The translations under genes were made by a program, and so were the position numbers. Positions 12,829 to 22,885 of a stretch of DNA of 64,000 nucleotides are shown one piece after another. Within the stretch, counting starts at the first letter, position 1. Each line of letters begins with the position of its first letter. The DNA lies in assembly GCA_963788655.1 (NCBI GenBank), contig CAWBHS010000057.1, positions 1 to 64,000 on the forward strand. Reading direction: 5' to 3'. The notes below the pieces were generated by a model. It was not told the origin of the DNA. It saw nothing but the letters and a program-made list of their open reading frames with translations, and searched no databases. The DNA is from an uncultured Verrucomicrobiae bacterium. Its GTDB lineage: Bacteria; Verrucomicrobiota; Verrucomicrobiia; Limisphaerales; JAFGQR01.

Positions 12829-13832
12829 AGACCTCCCGCGCCCATCGGCTTTTGCTGGCGCTGAACAGCGCGCCGTTGCTCTTGTTTGTCGGCGTCTTCC
12901 TGATGTTCGGCGCGCTGTCGTCCCGCTTCCTCGAGCCGCAGAATCTCGTCAACATTCTCGATCCAATCCTCCTCCATCGGCATCGTGGCCATTGGCATGA
13001 CGTTTGTGCTGCTGACCGCCGGCGTGGACCTTTCGGTCGGGGCCATCATGTTCGTGGCGGCCGCCATTGCCGGCAAATTGACCTTGCACGGCGCGCCCTG
13101 GGGTTGGCCCTGGCGGTGATCATCCTCGTCGGCCTGGCTTGCGGCCTGATCAACGCCTTCTTCATCACGCGGCTGCGGATCGTGGCGTTCGTGGTCACGC
13201 TGGCCACGCTTTACCTGGGACGCGGCTTCGCGCTCTGGCTCACCCAAACCCGGGCGATGAATCTGCCGGAGAGTTTTCTGCGGATGGGCACCACCCGCCT
13301 GCTCGGCATGCCGCTGCCGATCGTGATTCTCGGCGGGCATCCTGCTCGTTGCGCACTGGTGCTGACGCGCACGCCGTTCGGACGGCAGATTTATGCCGTC
13401 GGTCAAAACCTGGAAGCCGCCCGCAAAGCCGGCATTCAACACAGGCCGCATTTTAGTGGCGGTCTATGTCATCAGCGGCTTCTGCGCGGCAGTCGGCGGC
13501 ATTGTGTCGCTGGCCCAGCTCGGCGCGGTGTCGCCCACCTTTGGCATCAACAAGGAATTCAGCGCCATCGCCGCGGCGGTGCTGGGCGGCACCAGCCTGT
13601 TCGGCGGACGCGGTCAACGTGTTTCCCGGCACGTTGCTCGGCGCGGTGCTGATCCAAACCGTCGAAAACGGCTTGGTGATTCTGAACGCCGATCCCTACC
13701 TCTATCCGCTCATCACCAGCGCCATCATTTTCCTGGCGGTGCTGATCGACAGCATGCGCATCGAGCCTCCTGGCCAAGTGGAGCCGGCGGCGAATTCGCG
13801 TCGAGGAATCCGAAACCATTGCCTCATCATGA
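12825..13832 (+). CDS. Second sugar ABC transporter permease (frameshifted)
   Basis: [50 protein letters not shown]. Its stop overlaps the next start (ATGA, 13829-13832). Confidence 0.85.
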
Positions 13833-15837
13833 AGGACCCGCATCGGATCGCCACTTCCTGGCTCGTGTTTGGCAGTCCCACGCCGCCCGTTCCACCGCTC
13901 GCGTTGCGCGCCGGGCGCCTCGAACTTCTCTTCGCGAACCGCCACCGGCTTTGTTCGCCACATCGCGTTGGGACGCCACGAAATCCTGCGCGGCATTTAC
14001 GCGGCCGTGCGGGACCGCCATTGGGGGACCATCCCTCCGCGTCTTTCGAATCTGAAAGTGGACCGATCCGACCAAGCCTTCCGGCTGGCGTTCGACGTTG
14101 AGCATCGCCAGGGCGAAATCGACTTTGTTTGGCGAGGATCGGTGCGCGGAGGCACTGATGGCGTTCTCACGTATGAATTCGATGGCCAAGCCCGCTCGAG
14201 TTTTCTCCGTAATCGTATCGGCTTTTGTGTGCTGCATCCCATTCGTGAATGCGCCGGCGCGCTGGCGCGGCAAACGCGGGTTGATGGGACGGTGATCGAA
14301 GCAAGATTTCCTCAGACGATCGAACCGCAGCTCGTCGGGCAAAGCAGCTTTCGCGACATGCGAGCCGTGGCTCATGAAGTCGCGCCGGGCCTCTGGGCCG
14401 AAGTCGAATTCGACGGCGACGTGTTCGAGATGGAAGACCAGCGCAACTGGACCGACGCCAGCTTCAAAACGTACTGCACGCCGCTGGCCCTGCCGGCCCC
14501 GGTCGAAATTCAGGCCGGCACCCGGATTCGGCAAAGCGTGACGTTGCGGCTGGCGGGAACGATTCCCGAGGAGATTCGGCCGAGTGTCGAAACGACCAAC
14601 GAGAAGCCGGAAAGCATCACCATGACCGTTCCAGACACGCCCACGGCGCGCCTGCCGCAAATCGGTCTGGGCATGGCGAGTCACGGAGAGCCGCTGACGG
14701 AAACGGAGATCGCCCGTTTGCGCCGCTTGCCCCTGACTCACTTGCGCGCCGAGGTGCGGCTATCATCGCCGGACTGGCCGTCCGTCTGGCGGCGCGCGGG
14801 GCGGGAGGCCGGGCAATTGGGAGTCAGCCTCGAACTGGCCCTGCACTTGCCGCGTGAAGGTCGGACAGACTGGCAGGAGTTTCAGCGCCTGCTTCGGGCG
14901 GAACCAGCTCCACTGGCCCGCGTGCTGGCCCTCCGCGACGGCGAAGCCGCGACCACCGCGCAAACCCTTCGGCAAGTGCGTCAGGCGCTGGATGGCTTCG
15001 AGGTTCCCATCGGCGTCGGAAGCGACGCCAACTTCTGCGAACTGAACCGCGAACAGGCGTTGGGACAGGTCCCGCTGGCGGACGCGGATTTCGTCTTCTG
15101 GTCCCTCAATCCGCAAGTCCATGCTTGCGACACTCCTTCCATCGTTGAGAACCCTCGAAGCGCAGTTCGACACGGTGAAGACCGCGCGCGCATTTGCCGG
15201 CGGCAAACCGTTGCTGATTTCACCGGTGACCCTCCGGCCGCGCTTCAACGCCGTGGCTACGAGCGCTTCCGCGCCGTTGCCTTCGGAGGGATTCCCGCCG
15301 TCGGTGGACCCGCGCCAGCTCAGTCTGTTCGCGGCAGCCTGGACGTTGGGCAGCCTGGCCACGCTGGCTCATGCCGGCCTCGAGAGCGTGACGTTTTACG
15401 AAACGACCGGCTGGCGTGGTCTGATGGAACGTCCGCCTGGTTCGCTACTGCCGGACAAGTTTCCTTCCTTGCCGGGCGGGGTCTTTCCAATGTTCCACTT
15501 GTTCGCCGCGCTGGCTCACTGCGACCGATTTGCTTCCAGCCAGGTGAATTTCCCATTCCGAGTCGCCGCCCTCACCGCCGGGGATGCTGACGGACGTTGC
15601 CATCTGCTGCTGGGTAACTTGACCCCCCAAACCCAGCGCGTTCATCTGCTGCCCCCGGCGGTGGCAGCCCGGTTGTATGTCCTGAATGCCGACAATGTGC
15701 TCGCCGCGCTCTGGGAGCCAGAATCCGTGTGCTCTCAAGCCGGCGAGTGCCTGCCGGCACGCAATGGAGCCATTGAACTGGTAATGCCGCCGTATGCATT
15801 CGCTCGCCTCGAAGAGGCAACTGCTTCTCGACAGTAG
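13829..15837 (+). CDS. apnL: D-apionate lactonase (frameshifted)
   Basis: LRAG.L, EILRGIY.AVRD..WGT, F.RNRIGFCVLHP, FEMEDQRNWTDASFKTY, NF.ELNR, DPRQ.SLFAAAWT motifs. Confidence 0.8.
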
Positions 15838-15931
15838 TATCCAATGGCGAGGGGAACCGTCGGCTCCCGCCGTTCGACGGCCGTCAATCCTCCGGCACGG
15901 TCAGACTCTGGGAATGCTCCGGCCCCGCCGA

Positions 15932-16330
15932 TTAACCTCCGCCGCCCAATTCCTGGTATTGCGCCTTAAAGCAGTGCGAGCACAGGTGCGCGCCATCCAG
16001 AGACAGCGCGGTCAACACGGGCGCCGCGCAGGAAGCGCAACGTTGCTCCTGGTGCTGTCGGGTGTGGAAACCAAGCACCAGCAGGTCGTGGGGCACGTCG
16101 CCCGCCCCCATCGCCTGGTCGCGCAGCACGGCTTCCTCCTCGAACCCCAACCGTTTGAACAGACGCTGCGCGCCGGTTTGATCGGGCGTCATGCGGGCAA
16201 TAACTTTCGTCACGCCTTCCTTGAAGACCATTTCAAATACCAACTCCATAACAGTCGCCCCAACTCGATGCTGCGCGCCGTTTCCGCCACCACCACGCGC
16301 AGTTCGGCCACGTGACGGGTCCAGCGCAGG
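15932..16330 (-). pseudogene. 5'-truncated GNAT acetyltransferase with a C-terminal CxxC...CxxC zinc ribbon
   Basis: WTRHVAELRVVV..AR...LGR.L, frameshift, then K.IARMTPDQ.GA...F..LGFEEEAVLRD...CASC...LCSHC. N-terminus is absent. Confidence 0.6.
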
Positions 16331-16470
16331 TTGCCGCGGTCAAACGTGCCATCGACGCAAATGTCCTTGATGCGATCCGGCGAAACACGGGTGGGATCAG
16401 CCGACAACATCACGAAATCCGCCAACTTGCCCGGCTCAATGGAGCCCTGGTGTTTCTCGGCGAACGCGGC
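16331..16470 (-). pseudogene. C-terminal fragment of an amidohydrolase_3 family gene
   Basis: AAFAEKHQGSIEPGKLADFVMLSADP..V.PDRIKDI.V..T signature over only ~45 codons, joined in frame to the GNAT fragment. Confidence 0.7.
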
Positions 16471-17252
16471 ACTCCCCCATCCAGCGTCCACACCCAGCCC
16501 AGTTTGGTTTCAATCGCCCTACCCGTGAGGTGCTTTCTGACGAACTCCAAATCTTCGTCTCTTATCGGCTGCTCATAGAGCGCTGGGGGCAGCAACCACG
16601 GTGAGATTCCATCGCTCCCGCCGTTAGCCGACTGATTCAAGCGTTCGCAGGCTTCGTCGGCCAGCGTGCTACTTCGATGCCCGATCAAGACCCGCGTCCC
16701 ATGCTCGCCATGAAACCATCCCGCTGGCATTCCAGCCAATCCCGCCTTGGGATGAAATCGGCACCACAACAGCCGCACCAGCGCCCGGTGGAGGTGCATT
16801 ACCTGCGCACCTAAAGGTCCAGCGAGTTTCCAACCGGGCTCCAATGAATCCAGAACGGCCAATTCCAATCCAACGGGCTGCGTCCTCCACGCCAGAAAGC
16901 GCTTTGGTCCCTGCCAGACTCCGGCCCGATTGAATCGTGGCTTCAGCGTCAGCAATAGTTCAGCTTCCCGCCGAATGGCGGCCGATTCATCAGCGCACTC
17001 CTCCCAAGCGATGCGCTCAACCAAAGACAGCAAACGCAGCGTCCGACGTTTCATCCGTTCTGGATTCGCAACCCGATAGCTCCCCAGACGATGGCGGAGA
17101 CTTTTCGCTTTGCCCACATACAGCACGTTATTGGTTGCCCCATGCATGAGGTAAACGCCCGGCGCTTCCGGCAACTGCCGGAAAAAGTCCCGGCCCAACC
17201 GCTCGACCAGTGGTTGCGGATCAGGCCAAAGGCGTTGCTGCTGCGCTCGCAC
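16410..17252 (-). CDS. GIY-YIG nuclease family protein (UvrC N-terminal/Cho-like domain)
   Basis: LPEAPGVYLM....VLYVGKAKSLR.RL.SY...E..A..REAELL...KPRFN. The 3' end reads into the amidohydrolase fragment. Confidence 0.85.
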   Translation of the reverse strand: MRAQQQRLWPDPQPLVERLGRDFFRQLPEAPGVYLMHGATNNVLYVGKAKSLRHRLGSYRVANPERMKRRTLRLLSLVERIAWEECADESAAIRREAELLLTLKPRFNRAGVWQGPKRFLAWRTQPVGLELAVLDSLEPGWKLAGPLGAQVMHLHRALVRLLWCRFHPKAGLAGMPAGWFHGEHGTRVLIGHRSSTLADEACERLNQSANGGSDGISPWLLPPALYEQPIRDEDLEFVRKHLTGRAIETKLGWVWTLDGGVPRSPRNTRAPLSRASWRIS

Positions 17253-17369
17253 GGTCTTGCGTCATAGGAAAGTGAATATCCCCCAGATGATGAAAGGGGT
17301 AGATGCGATGGCCGCCCTGTGGCAGCAAGGCCGGTCGGCTCCACCTCGGCCCCGTCCACCGGATAGGTC

Positions 17370-17570
17370 TGGAGACAGTGCCTCCACCTGCCCGACCACA
17401 GGTGTCAATTGCGTGCTGAATGGCGGCGGACGGATTGGCGGTTCCGGTTTCACCGCTCAACAGAGGATTAGCCAGCCCGAAGGCGGACGCCGTCAGGGCT
17501 AGGTTGCGCAGTGCTTTCCGCAGGGAAAACTGGACAGAAGGCCGGCGCAACAGCAACGGACAGTTCATCA
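17370..17570 (-). pseudogene. N-terminal remnant of a secreted GH28/pectate-lyase-fold enzyme
   Basis: Signal-like segment followed by AAIQHAIDTCGRAGGGTV, the usual start of the beta-helix, after which homology is lost. Confidence 0.5.
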
Positions 17571-17634
17571 AGCGGTGATCCATAACGCCGGAAGCCTAAC
17601 CCAGATGGGACCGCGCCGCGATCAAAATTCGTGC

Positions 17635-18000
17635 TCAGTGCCCACCAGTGACCGGATAACCTTCACGGCGCAAATCCTCCGCCAAATCGATCTCCATTTG
17701 CACCGCCGCTTCAAAGGGCATTGGATTCAAGTGGTCGTAAAGTCCCGGCTCCAAACGAACGCCGTACCGCTGCACAACCGATGCAGCTTTGATCCCCGCT
17801 TTGTGATTGGCGAAGCGTTCTTCCGGGGTCCGCCCGGTCATCCCAACATAAGCACTGGGCTTCTCGGGATCGGCATTGGGATTGGCCAGACGGACAGAAC
17901 GAAGGCGGCCAGCGGCGAGTTGGAGTAGCACGGCGTAAACGTTGTGGTGAAGGTCAGGAGGGCTCTTTGGCAGATGGAGCTTGTGCAGTCGTCGTTTCAT
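17635..18000 (-). CDS. Small stand-alone GIY-YIG-like nuclease
   Basis: HHNVYAVLL...YVGMTGRTPEERFANHKAG...A..ME..LA..LRREGY.V.GGH. Start ATG at 18000 overlaps the upstream stop (ATGA). Confidence 0.75.
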   Translation of the reverse strand: MKRRLHKLHLPKSPPDLHHNVYAVLLQLAAGRLRSVRLANPNADPEKPSAYVGMTGRTPEERFANHKAGIKAASVVQRYGVRLEPGLYDHLNPMPFEAAVQMEIDLAEDLRREGYPVTGGH

Positions 18001-18215
18001 GGTTCTGATTTCGCCCGCTGCGACCACCGGTACGCCGTCTTGCTACTCAGGTTAAAAACCCGTTCCTCTGCCGCCCGGCCTTGGACTGTGGCGAGCGGAG
18101 CGAACCGTGAGCTTACCGGCCAATTGCTCGCATAAATGAGCCGCTCCGGGCCAAACATCTCCCGCATCGCAGCTAGCACTGGGCGGTAAAACTCCATGAG
18201 CCGGTGCGTCGCGTT
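17997..18215 (-). pseudogene. C-terminal fragment of an amidohydrolase_2 family gene
   Basis: FYRPVL....EMFGPERLIYASNWPVS...VF...K.AYRW. The N-terminal ~250 aa are missing and there appears to be an internal deletion after TVQG. Confidence 0.65.
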
Positions 18216-18347
18216 CGAATGGATCCCGGATCAAGGCAGCGCTTGGGTCCGGCTCAAGGCGCGCCGCACGTTCCTGTGGCGCATTCGTTGCTCGATAGTG
18301 GCGGTTGTTGACTGGTCCGGCCGCCAGTTGACCGCACAAGGCCACTG

Positions 18348-19166
18348 GTGGAGGTCATCTTGAAAAAAATGACTACTTTGTGGAACGGCCAACCCTCCGG
18401 GCCCCCTGGCGAGCCCGTCACGATCCAGGCATCGAAAAAGCCCGCGCCCAAACTCACGCCGGAGCAGCACGGCTCGCCTGGCGAAAAGTTCGCCGGCACC
18501 GATCGAGAACCGCTTCAGCGCGAGAAAGAGCCCTTGTCCGCCGAAGCCCGGCGGGAACTGCGCGAGCAGGACAATGCGCTCAAGGCCATGACCGGCCCGA
18601 CGCCGCCCTCGACCGGAGTAAAATTCGTCATGGTTGAGGCCGCCTTCGTTAAGTTGATCTGCGCCGGCCACGAGCCGGAGATTGTCACCGAATCTGAGCG
18701 TTCGACGCTGCGGCAGCTTCAGGGCGACTATTCGCGCCTTGAAAAGGAACTGATGAGACACGTCGGCTCCAGCGCGTCGGTGGCTTTCCAAGAGCAGCAA
18801 GCTTTGATTGCCGCGGCGGCGAAGGCCGGCGAGGAGGCTCCAGCCGGCGCTTGGGATCTGGAAGATTTTCGCGCAGACCATTGGCAGCGGCGAAAAGCAC
18901 TGGCGTCTGAAATGCGAGCCGTCGCCGCCAGCGCGATTCCGATTGCCGCCGCCGTGGCAGAACGCATCGCGAGCCTGGCCGGAAAACTGGCAGCCACAGT
19001 CGAAGAGCAAGAGCGTAAACACTTCGAGCGGTTCGGGATGCCCGTGGAATACACCCTCATTGCCAAAAAGCTGCGCTCCCTTGAAGTCCATTGGCGACAA
19101 CTAGTGCCTTCCAGTGGAGGCACACCGCCGAGCAAAATTCTACTATTCTCCGGTCTGGCGGTTTAA
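18348..19166 (+). CDS. Hypothetical alpha-helical protein upstream of the capsid gene (possible scaffold); start may be TTG 18360 or ATG 18369
   Basis: Intact 272-codon ORF with GGAGG before TTG 18360. Pro-rich N-terminus and A/E/R-rich helical body. Ends 21 nt before the capsid gene. Confidence 0.7.
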   Translation: MEVILKKMTTLWNGQPSGPPGEPVTIQASKKPAPKLTPEQHGSPGEKFAGTDREPLQREKEPLSAEARRELREQDNALKAMTGPTPPSTGVKFVMVEAAFVKLICAGHEPEIVTESERSTLRQLQGDYSRLEKELMRHVGSSASVAFQEQQALIAAAAKAGEEAPAGAWDLEDFRADHWQRRKALASEMRAVAASAIPIAAAVAERIASLAGKLAATVEEQERKHFERFGMPVEYTLIAKKLRSLEVHWRQLVPSSGGTPPSKILLFSGLAV

Positions 19167-19187
19167 CAGTTCAACCTCACCATTTTT

Positions 19188-20294
19188 ATGAAAAATTCAT
19201 CCATCATTTCTGAAAGTCCGCGTTCCGTCATCTCCGCCCTCGAGCGCACCAACGGGCCACTGAAAGCGTGGCGCGCAGGTTCGCGGATCGATCCGCAAAC
19301 CATTGCCGATTGCGCAATCGAGCGAGCCAATATCATCTCGGCAAACCGTCCGATTTTGGAGAGCATCTGGAACACGAACACGATTGACGCGACACTCAAA
19401 CAGGATGTCATTCTCCAGGACATCATCCGCGATTTCGCGAACATTCTGCTGCCGCTGAGAGCCTTCTCGACGGTGTTTCAGAATGTGCCACTGGCGGGGA
19501 CGAAAACCGTGCAGGTTCCCTTCTATGATCTCGACACGACTGCGAGCACGGCATTCGTGGCCGGCACCGGTTACACGACCATCGGCAACACCACCGTGGA
19601 CATCCGACCTATCATAGTAGGATTGGGCGCCACCAACGGCGGGCGCTACTTCCAGGCGCTGTCCTTCACGTCGGAGGAACTGAACTTCCAGCCCTACTTC
19701 AACACTGTTCAAGCGGCCAGGCTGAAGGCCGAAGCCCTGGCGACTGACATCATCGCAGATGTGCTAAGCGTGGTGACTGAGGAAAATTTTGGAGGCGCCG
19801 CGCTGACCAAAGCCGCCAGCATCATCGAAAGCGATGACATCGCCGGATTGGTTGACGATTGTAAATCTTGGCCGCGCGCTGGGCGTAGTCTGTTCGTGGA
19901 TACGGCCGTCCATGCCAGCCTATTGAAAGACCCCTACATCAAATCCGCGATGAACTCGGGCGATCAACAGGCCATCCGGGAAGGTGTGATTCCGCGAATT
20001 CATGGTTTCGACTATTACGAGAATCCGAACATCCCCAGCAACTCCGAGAACCTGATCGGGTTCGCGTCCTTCGTGTCCGCGATCCTGTTCGCCTCGGCCC
20101 CGTGTCCACCCATCGATGAAGTGCGCAAAGCCGGCACGATGTATCAGGTGGTGGTCGATCCCCAAACCGGCATTGCCTTCGAGTACCGTTCGTTTGGGGA
20201 CAACGTCACCGACGCCGCCACGCGGGTGATCGAATGCAGTTACGGCTGGGCCAAGGGCAATGGCAGCGCCCTGAAGCGCATCGTCAGCTCGTAG
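19188..20294 (+). CDS. Phage major capsid protein (HK97 fold, P22-coat-like family)
   Basis: G.KTVQVP E-loop pattern, WP..GRSL.VD...HA.LLKD, AIREG.I.RIHGFD.YE.P.IP, DP.TG...EYR, EC.YG.A motifs. Followed by an intrinsic terminator. Confidence 0.8.
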   Translation: MKNSSIISESPRSVISALERTNGPLKAWRAGSRIDPQTIADCAIERANIISANRPILESIWNTNTIDATLKQDVILQDIIRDFANILLPLRAFSTVFQNVPLAGTKTVQVPFYDLDTTASTAFVAGTGYTTIGNTTVDIRPIIVGLGATNGGRYFQALSFTSEELNFQPYFNTVQAARLKAEALATDIIADVLSVVTEENFGGAALTKAASIIESDDIAGLVDDCKSWPRAGRSLFVDTAVHASLLKDPYIKSAMNSGDQQAIREGVIPRIHGFDYYENPNIPSNSENLIGFASFVSAILFASAPCPPIDEVRKAGTMYQVVVDPQTGIAFEYRSFGDNVTDAATRVIECSYGWAKGNGSALKRIVSS

Positions 20295-20315
20295 ATTTTT
20301 GGGTTGGTAAGTTGG

Positions 20316-20345
20316 CCCGGCAGGCAAGTGTCTGCCGGGTTTTTT
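20316..20345 (+). terminator. Rho-independent terminator after the capsid gene
   Basis: CCCGGCAG-gcaagtgt-CTGCCGGG-TTTTTT. Confidence 0.85.
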
Positions 20346-20357
20346 CAGGAAACAATT

Positions 20358-21654
20358 ATGCAAAAAGAACTAAAAGTTGTCCTCGGACTCAACCAGAAAG
20401 GTTTTGCGGCGGGGCTGAACAATGCGCAGAACAAGCCGCGCAAATTCGCGGGCGAACTTGGACGATCAACCTTCGGACAATTCTTGGGAGCGACCGGCGT
20501 AATCCGGGTATTTGATTTTTTAAAAGCTCAACTCGTTTCCATGATAGCGGAGGCCAAAGAGCTAACGAATCTGAACGAAATTTTCGGCGGCGGAAGCAAC
20601 TGGATTCAGCAGACAAAAATGGATGCTGAGGATGCAGGAGTGAGCCTCAACGAACTGCGTTCGTCCTTCGGTGCGCTGTCAGCCAGCGCGCAAAAGGCGA
20701 TGGCCGGCGGACCTGAAGGAGAAAAGTTCATCGATGCTTTGCGAGGATTCGGTTTGACGCTTGGCGACATCCAGGCCATGCGGCCCTACCAAATATTTCG
20801 AACGCATCAGAACGTCAATAGTCGCCACGGGCGGTGCGCTTGCAATGAGCACCGAGCAAATTGCGAAATACAAGCGACTCGGTTTTCTGGTCGCCCAATT
20901 GCCCCTGTTCGCCCGGCCAGAGGGCCAGAATGCGTTCTATGCCGACCCGCCCGATCTAATTGAACGTCGTGCCCAAACCGAGGGATTCTTCACCGGATTG
21001 TGGCGTGGCACCAAAGCCATCTTCAGCAATGCTGCTGACTGGTGGGATCAATCCATTGCGAGTATTGGAAACACGAAATTCATGCAGCGACTCCTGCCCG
21101 AGCAACCCGGATTGCTGGAACCGATGCCCGCCGATTTCACCAAGGAACAGGCACGACTCAACGCGGAGCGAGCCGCCCGCCAGGCAGAGCTTGACCGTCG
21201 CAAGGCCGAAGGAAACGCCAATGCCGCCGAACTCGCAAAGCTGGAGTTGTTGGTGCAAGAGATCGACGCCCAGGAAAAACTCCTGCTGCCCGTCGAAAAG
21301 CGGATCGAATTGCTGAAGGAAGAAATCCAACTGCTCAAGGAGAAGCCGACCAGCACCGTGGAGGAAACGCTTAAGAACGATCTGGCCGCCGTAAAACTCC
21401 AGGTGCAACTCCAGGCGATGACCAAGGCCACCGACGCGACCGCGAAGCAAGTGCCGATGACCTACCCGAACATCGGCAGCCTCTCACAGATCGGAGGATT
21501 CATCGGTGGTTCACTCAGTATGATTAATCCGAATCTGCGCGTCTCCGAGAACCAACTGGCGGAGTTGCGCCGGATCAATGATGGAATCGGTCGGGTTGTC
21601 GAGAACACCCGCCCGCGCAACGACTCGGGTTTTGATCCTTCAGGCTGGCTTTAG
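20358..21654 (+). CDS. Short tail tape-measure-like protein (~430 aa, one frameshift near 20795)
   Basis: N-terminus MQKELKVVLGLNQKGFAAGL resembles tape-measure starts. Contains AEDAGVSL..L, F..LRGFGLTL.DIQ.M.P.QIF, a long coiled coil and a C-terminal SL.QIGG...QL.ELRRI. Confidence 0.6.
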
Positions 21655-21833
21655 TCCTCGGTCATGCCCATTTTTTGACGGTAAGCTTGCACCTCAGACG
21701 CGCGATAAAGAATGAGCCGCGCATTGTGCCGGACTGGCCGCAGCCCGAACCGTTCCTCATTTCGGCGCACGGTTTCCACAGACACCTCAAGGATCTGCGA
21801 TACTTCCTGGCGGGTGATATATTTTCGAGCCAT
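21651..21833 (-). CDS. Small helix-turn-helix DNA-binding protein (excisionase/MerR-like)
   Basis: YITRQEVSQILEVSVETVRRNE...R.ILYR.SEV, 60 aa. Confidence 0.75.
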   Translation of the reverse strand: MARKYITRQEVSQILEVSVETVRRNEERFGLRPVRHNARLILYRASEVQAYRQKMGMTED

Positions 21834-21987
21834 GGTGAATTTTTACCCGAGCCCGCCGCAGACGCAACCATTCGCGGACGCAAAAAAAGCCCCGCTCGTT
21901 TTGCCCCACAACGCGCCGGAAGTCCGGGATGTATCAGCTTTACACCACCCCAGGCAGAATCGTGGCGTGGCGTTGCACGTGGGCACG

Positions 21988-22014
21988 AAAAAGCCCCGGC
22001 TTGATGGCCGGGGC
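21988..22014 (-). terminator. Rho-independent terminator downstream of higA
   Basis: Minus strand GCCCCGGC-catcaa-GCCGGGGC-TTTTT. Confidence 0.85.
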
Positions 22015-22038
22015 GTAAGTAATTGAGTGCTGCAATCT

Positions 22039-22365
22039 CTAAGCTACCGCCAATTCCGGCAGAGGTTTCACCTGCCGTTCAATTTCATCCTCACTGCGTA
22101 GCCGCGCAGTTTCCAGATCGTAATCCGCCTGGATACCCATCCATAATTCTGGCGAAACGTTGAAAAGGCGTCCCAGCTTCAACGCCATCTCCGCACTTAC
22201 GGACCGTTTGCATCGACAAATCTGGCTAATCGCAATGGGAGTGCTTCCTGTCGCCTTAGCTACCGCGTAATAGCTGAGCCCCAATGGTTCCATGAAATCT
22301 TCTCGTAACACATCTCCTGGATGCACAGGATTAAGTCGATCTTTGCGTCTGCTCATAACATTCAA
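22039..22365 (-). CDS. higA: HigA family antitoxin
   Basis: PVHPGDVLREDFMEPLGLS...KRSVSAEMALKLGRLF..SPELWMGIQ..YDL. Confidence 0.95.
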   Translation of the reverse strand: MNVMSRRKDRLNPVHPGDVLREDFMEPLGLSYYAVAKATGSTPIAISQICRCKRSVSAEMALKLGRLFNVSPELWMGIQADYDLETARLRSEDEIERQVKPLPELAVA

Positions 22366-22643
22366 TGGTAGTCCACGATTTCAACTTGCACCGCGTTGCC
22401 GTCTTCCCAGCGAAAGCAAATGCGCCACTGGTTATTGATGCGGATGCTATGCTGACCCTTACGGTTGCCCTTCAGGGCTTCCAAGCGGTTGCCAGGCGGC
22501 ATCTTCAAATCGTCTATGACACAGGCCCGGTGCAAATACTCTAATTTCCGACGGGCAGTGTTCTGAATTCCAGGCGGCAATCTCCGGGAACGCTCGCCCC
22601 GGAAGATTCGCTCTGTCTCCGCACACGCGAAGCTCGTAATCAC
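22362..22643 (-). CDS. higB: HigB (RelE/ParE family) toxin
   Basis: ITSF...ETERIF.G...PPGNRLEALKGNRKGQHSIRINNQWRICFRW....A..VEIVDYH. Confidence 0.95.
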   Translation of the reverse strand: MITSFACAETERIFRGERSRRLPPGIQNTARRKLEYLHRACVIDDLKMPPGNRLEALKGNRKGQHSIRINNQWRICFRWEDGNAVQVEIVDYH

Positions 22644-22649
22644 AAAGCC

Positions 22650-22677
22650 ATAGTATCGCGTCGCGATAATAATGCAA
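22650..22677 (-). promoter_or_regulatory. Sigma-70 promoter of higBA with an overlapping palindromic operator; probably leaderless
   Basis: Minus strand TTGCAT-16-TACTAT, then 6 nt, then the GTG start. Palindrome TATCGCG-N-CGCGATA at 22654-22668. Confidence 0.8.
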
Positions 22678-22885
22678 GTATAAAATGCACATTAATTGCG
22701 TATTGACTGCGCATCACGTCATTCCTGTTTTTGCGGCCCCGGCGCCGGATGCAAGCTGCCCCACAGCGCGCCGGCAGTCCGGGACGTGTCAATATGCGTT
22801 CCCAAGGCGGAGCATGCGAATGGATGCAAGCACGACTTTGCCCCCACGCGCGCCCGGACGGTTGGAATTGGCGAGGCGGACCCGC

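Larger units (their letters stand above)
21902..22791. repeat. Pair of 35-bp direct repeats (21902-21936 and 22757-22791) flanking higBA
   Basis: TGCCCCACAACGCGCCGGAAGTCCGGGATGTATCA vs TGCCCCACAGCGCGCCGGCAGTCCGGGACGTGTCA, 31/35 identical. Confidence 0.85.

Noticed and set aside
261..15837. Mass pseudogenisation of the LamG gene and apiose cluster
   Set aside because: Only frameshifts with well-preserved motifs are visible and no domains are lost, so sequencing error is more likely. Read polishing is needed to confirm.
15865..15934. WD40 remnant (FDGRQSSGTVRLWEC*) as a separate feature
   Set aside because: Too short to support on its own. Mentioned only as a possible part of the fragment mosaic.
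19188..20294. Encapsulin nanocompartment interpretation of the capsid gene
   Set aside because: There is no cargo enzyme nearby, and the neighbours (tape-measure-like, HTH, TA, tRNA att) indicate a phage origin.
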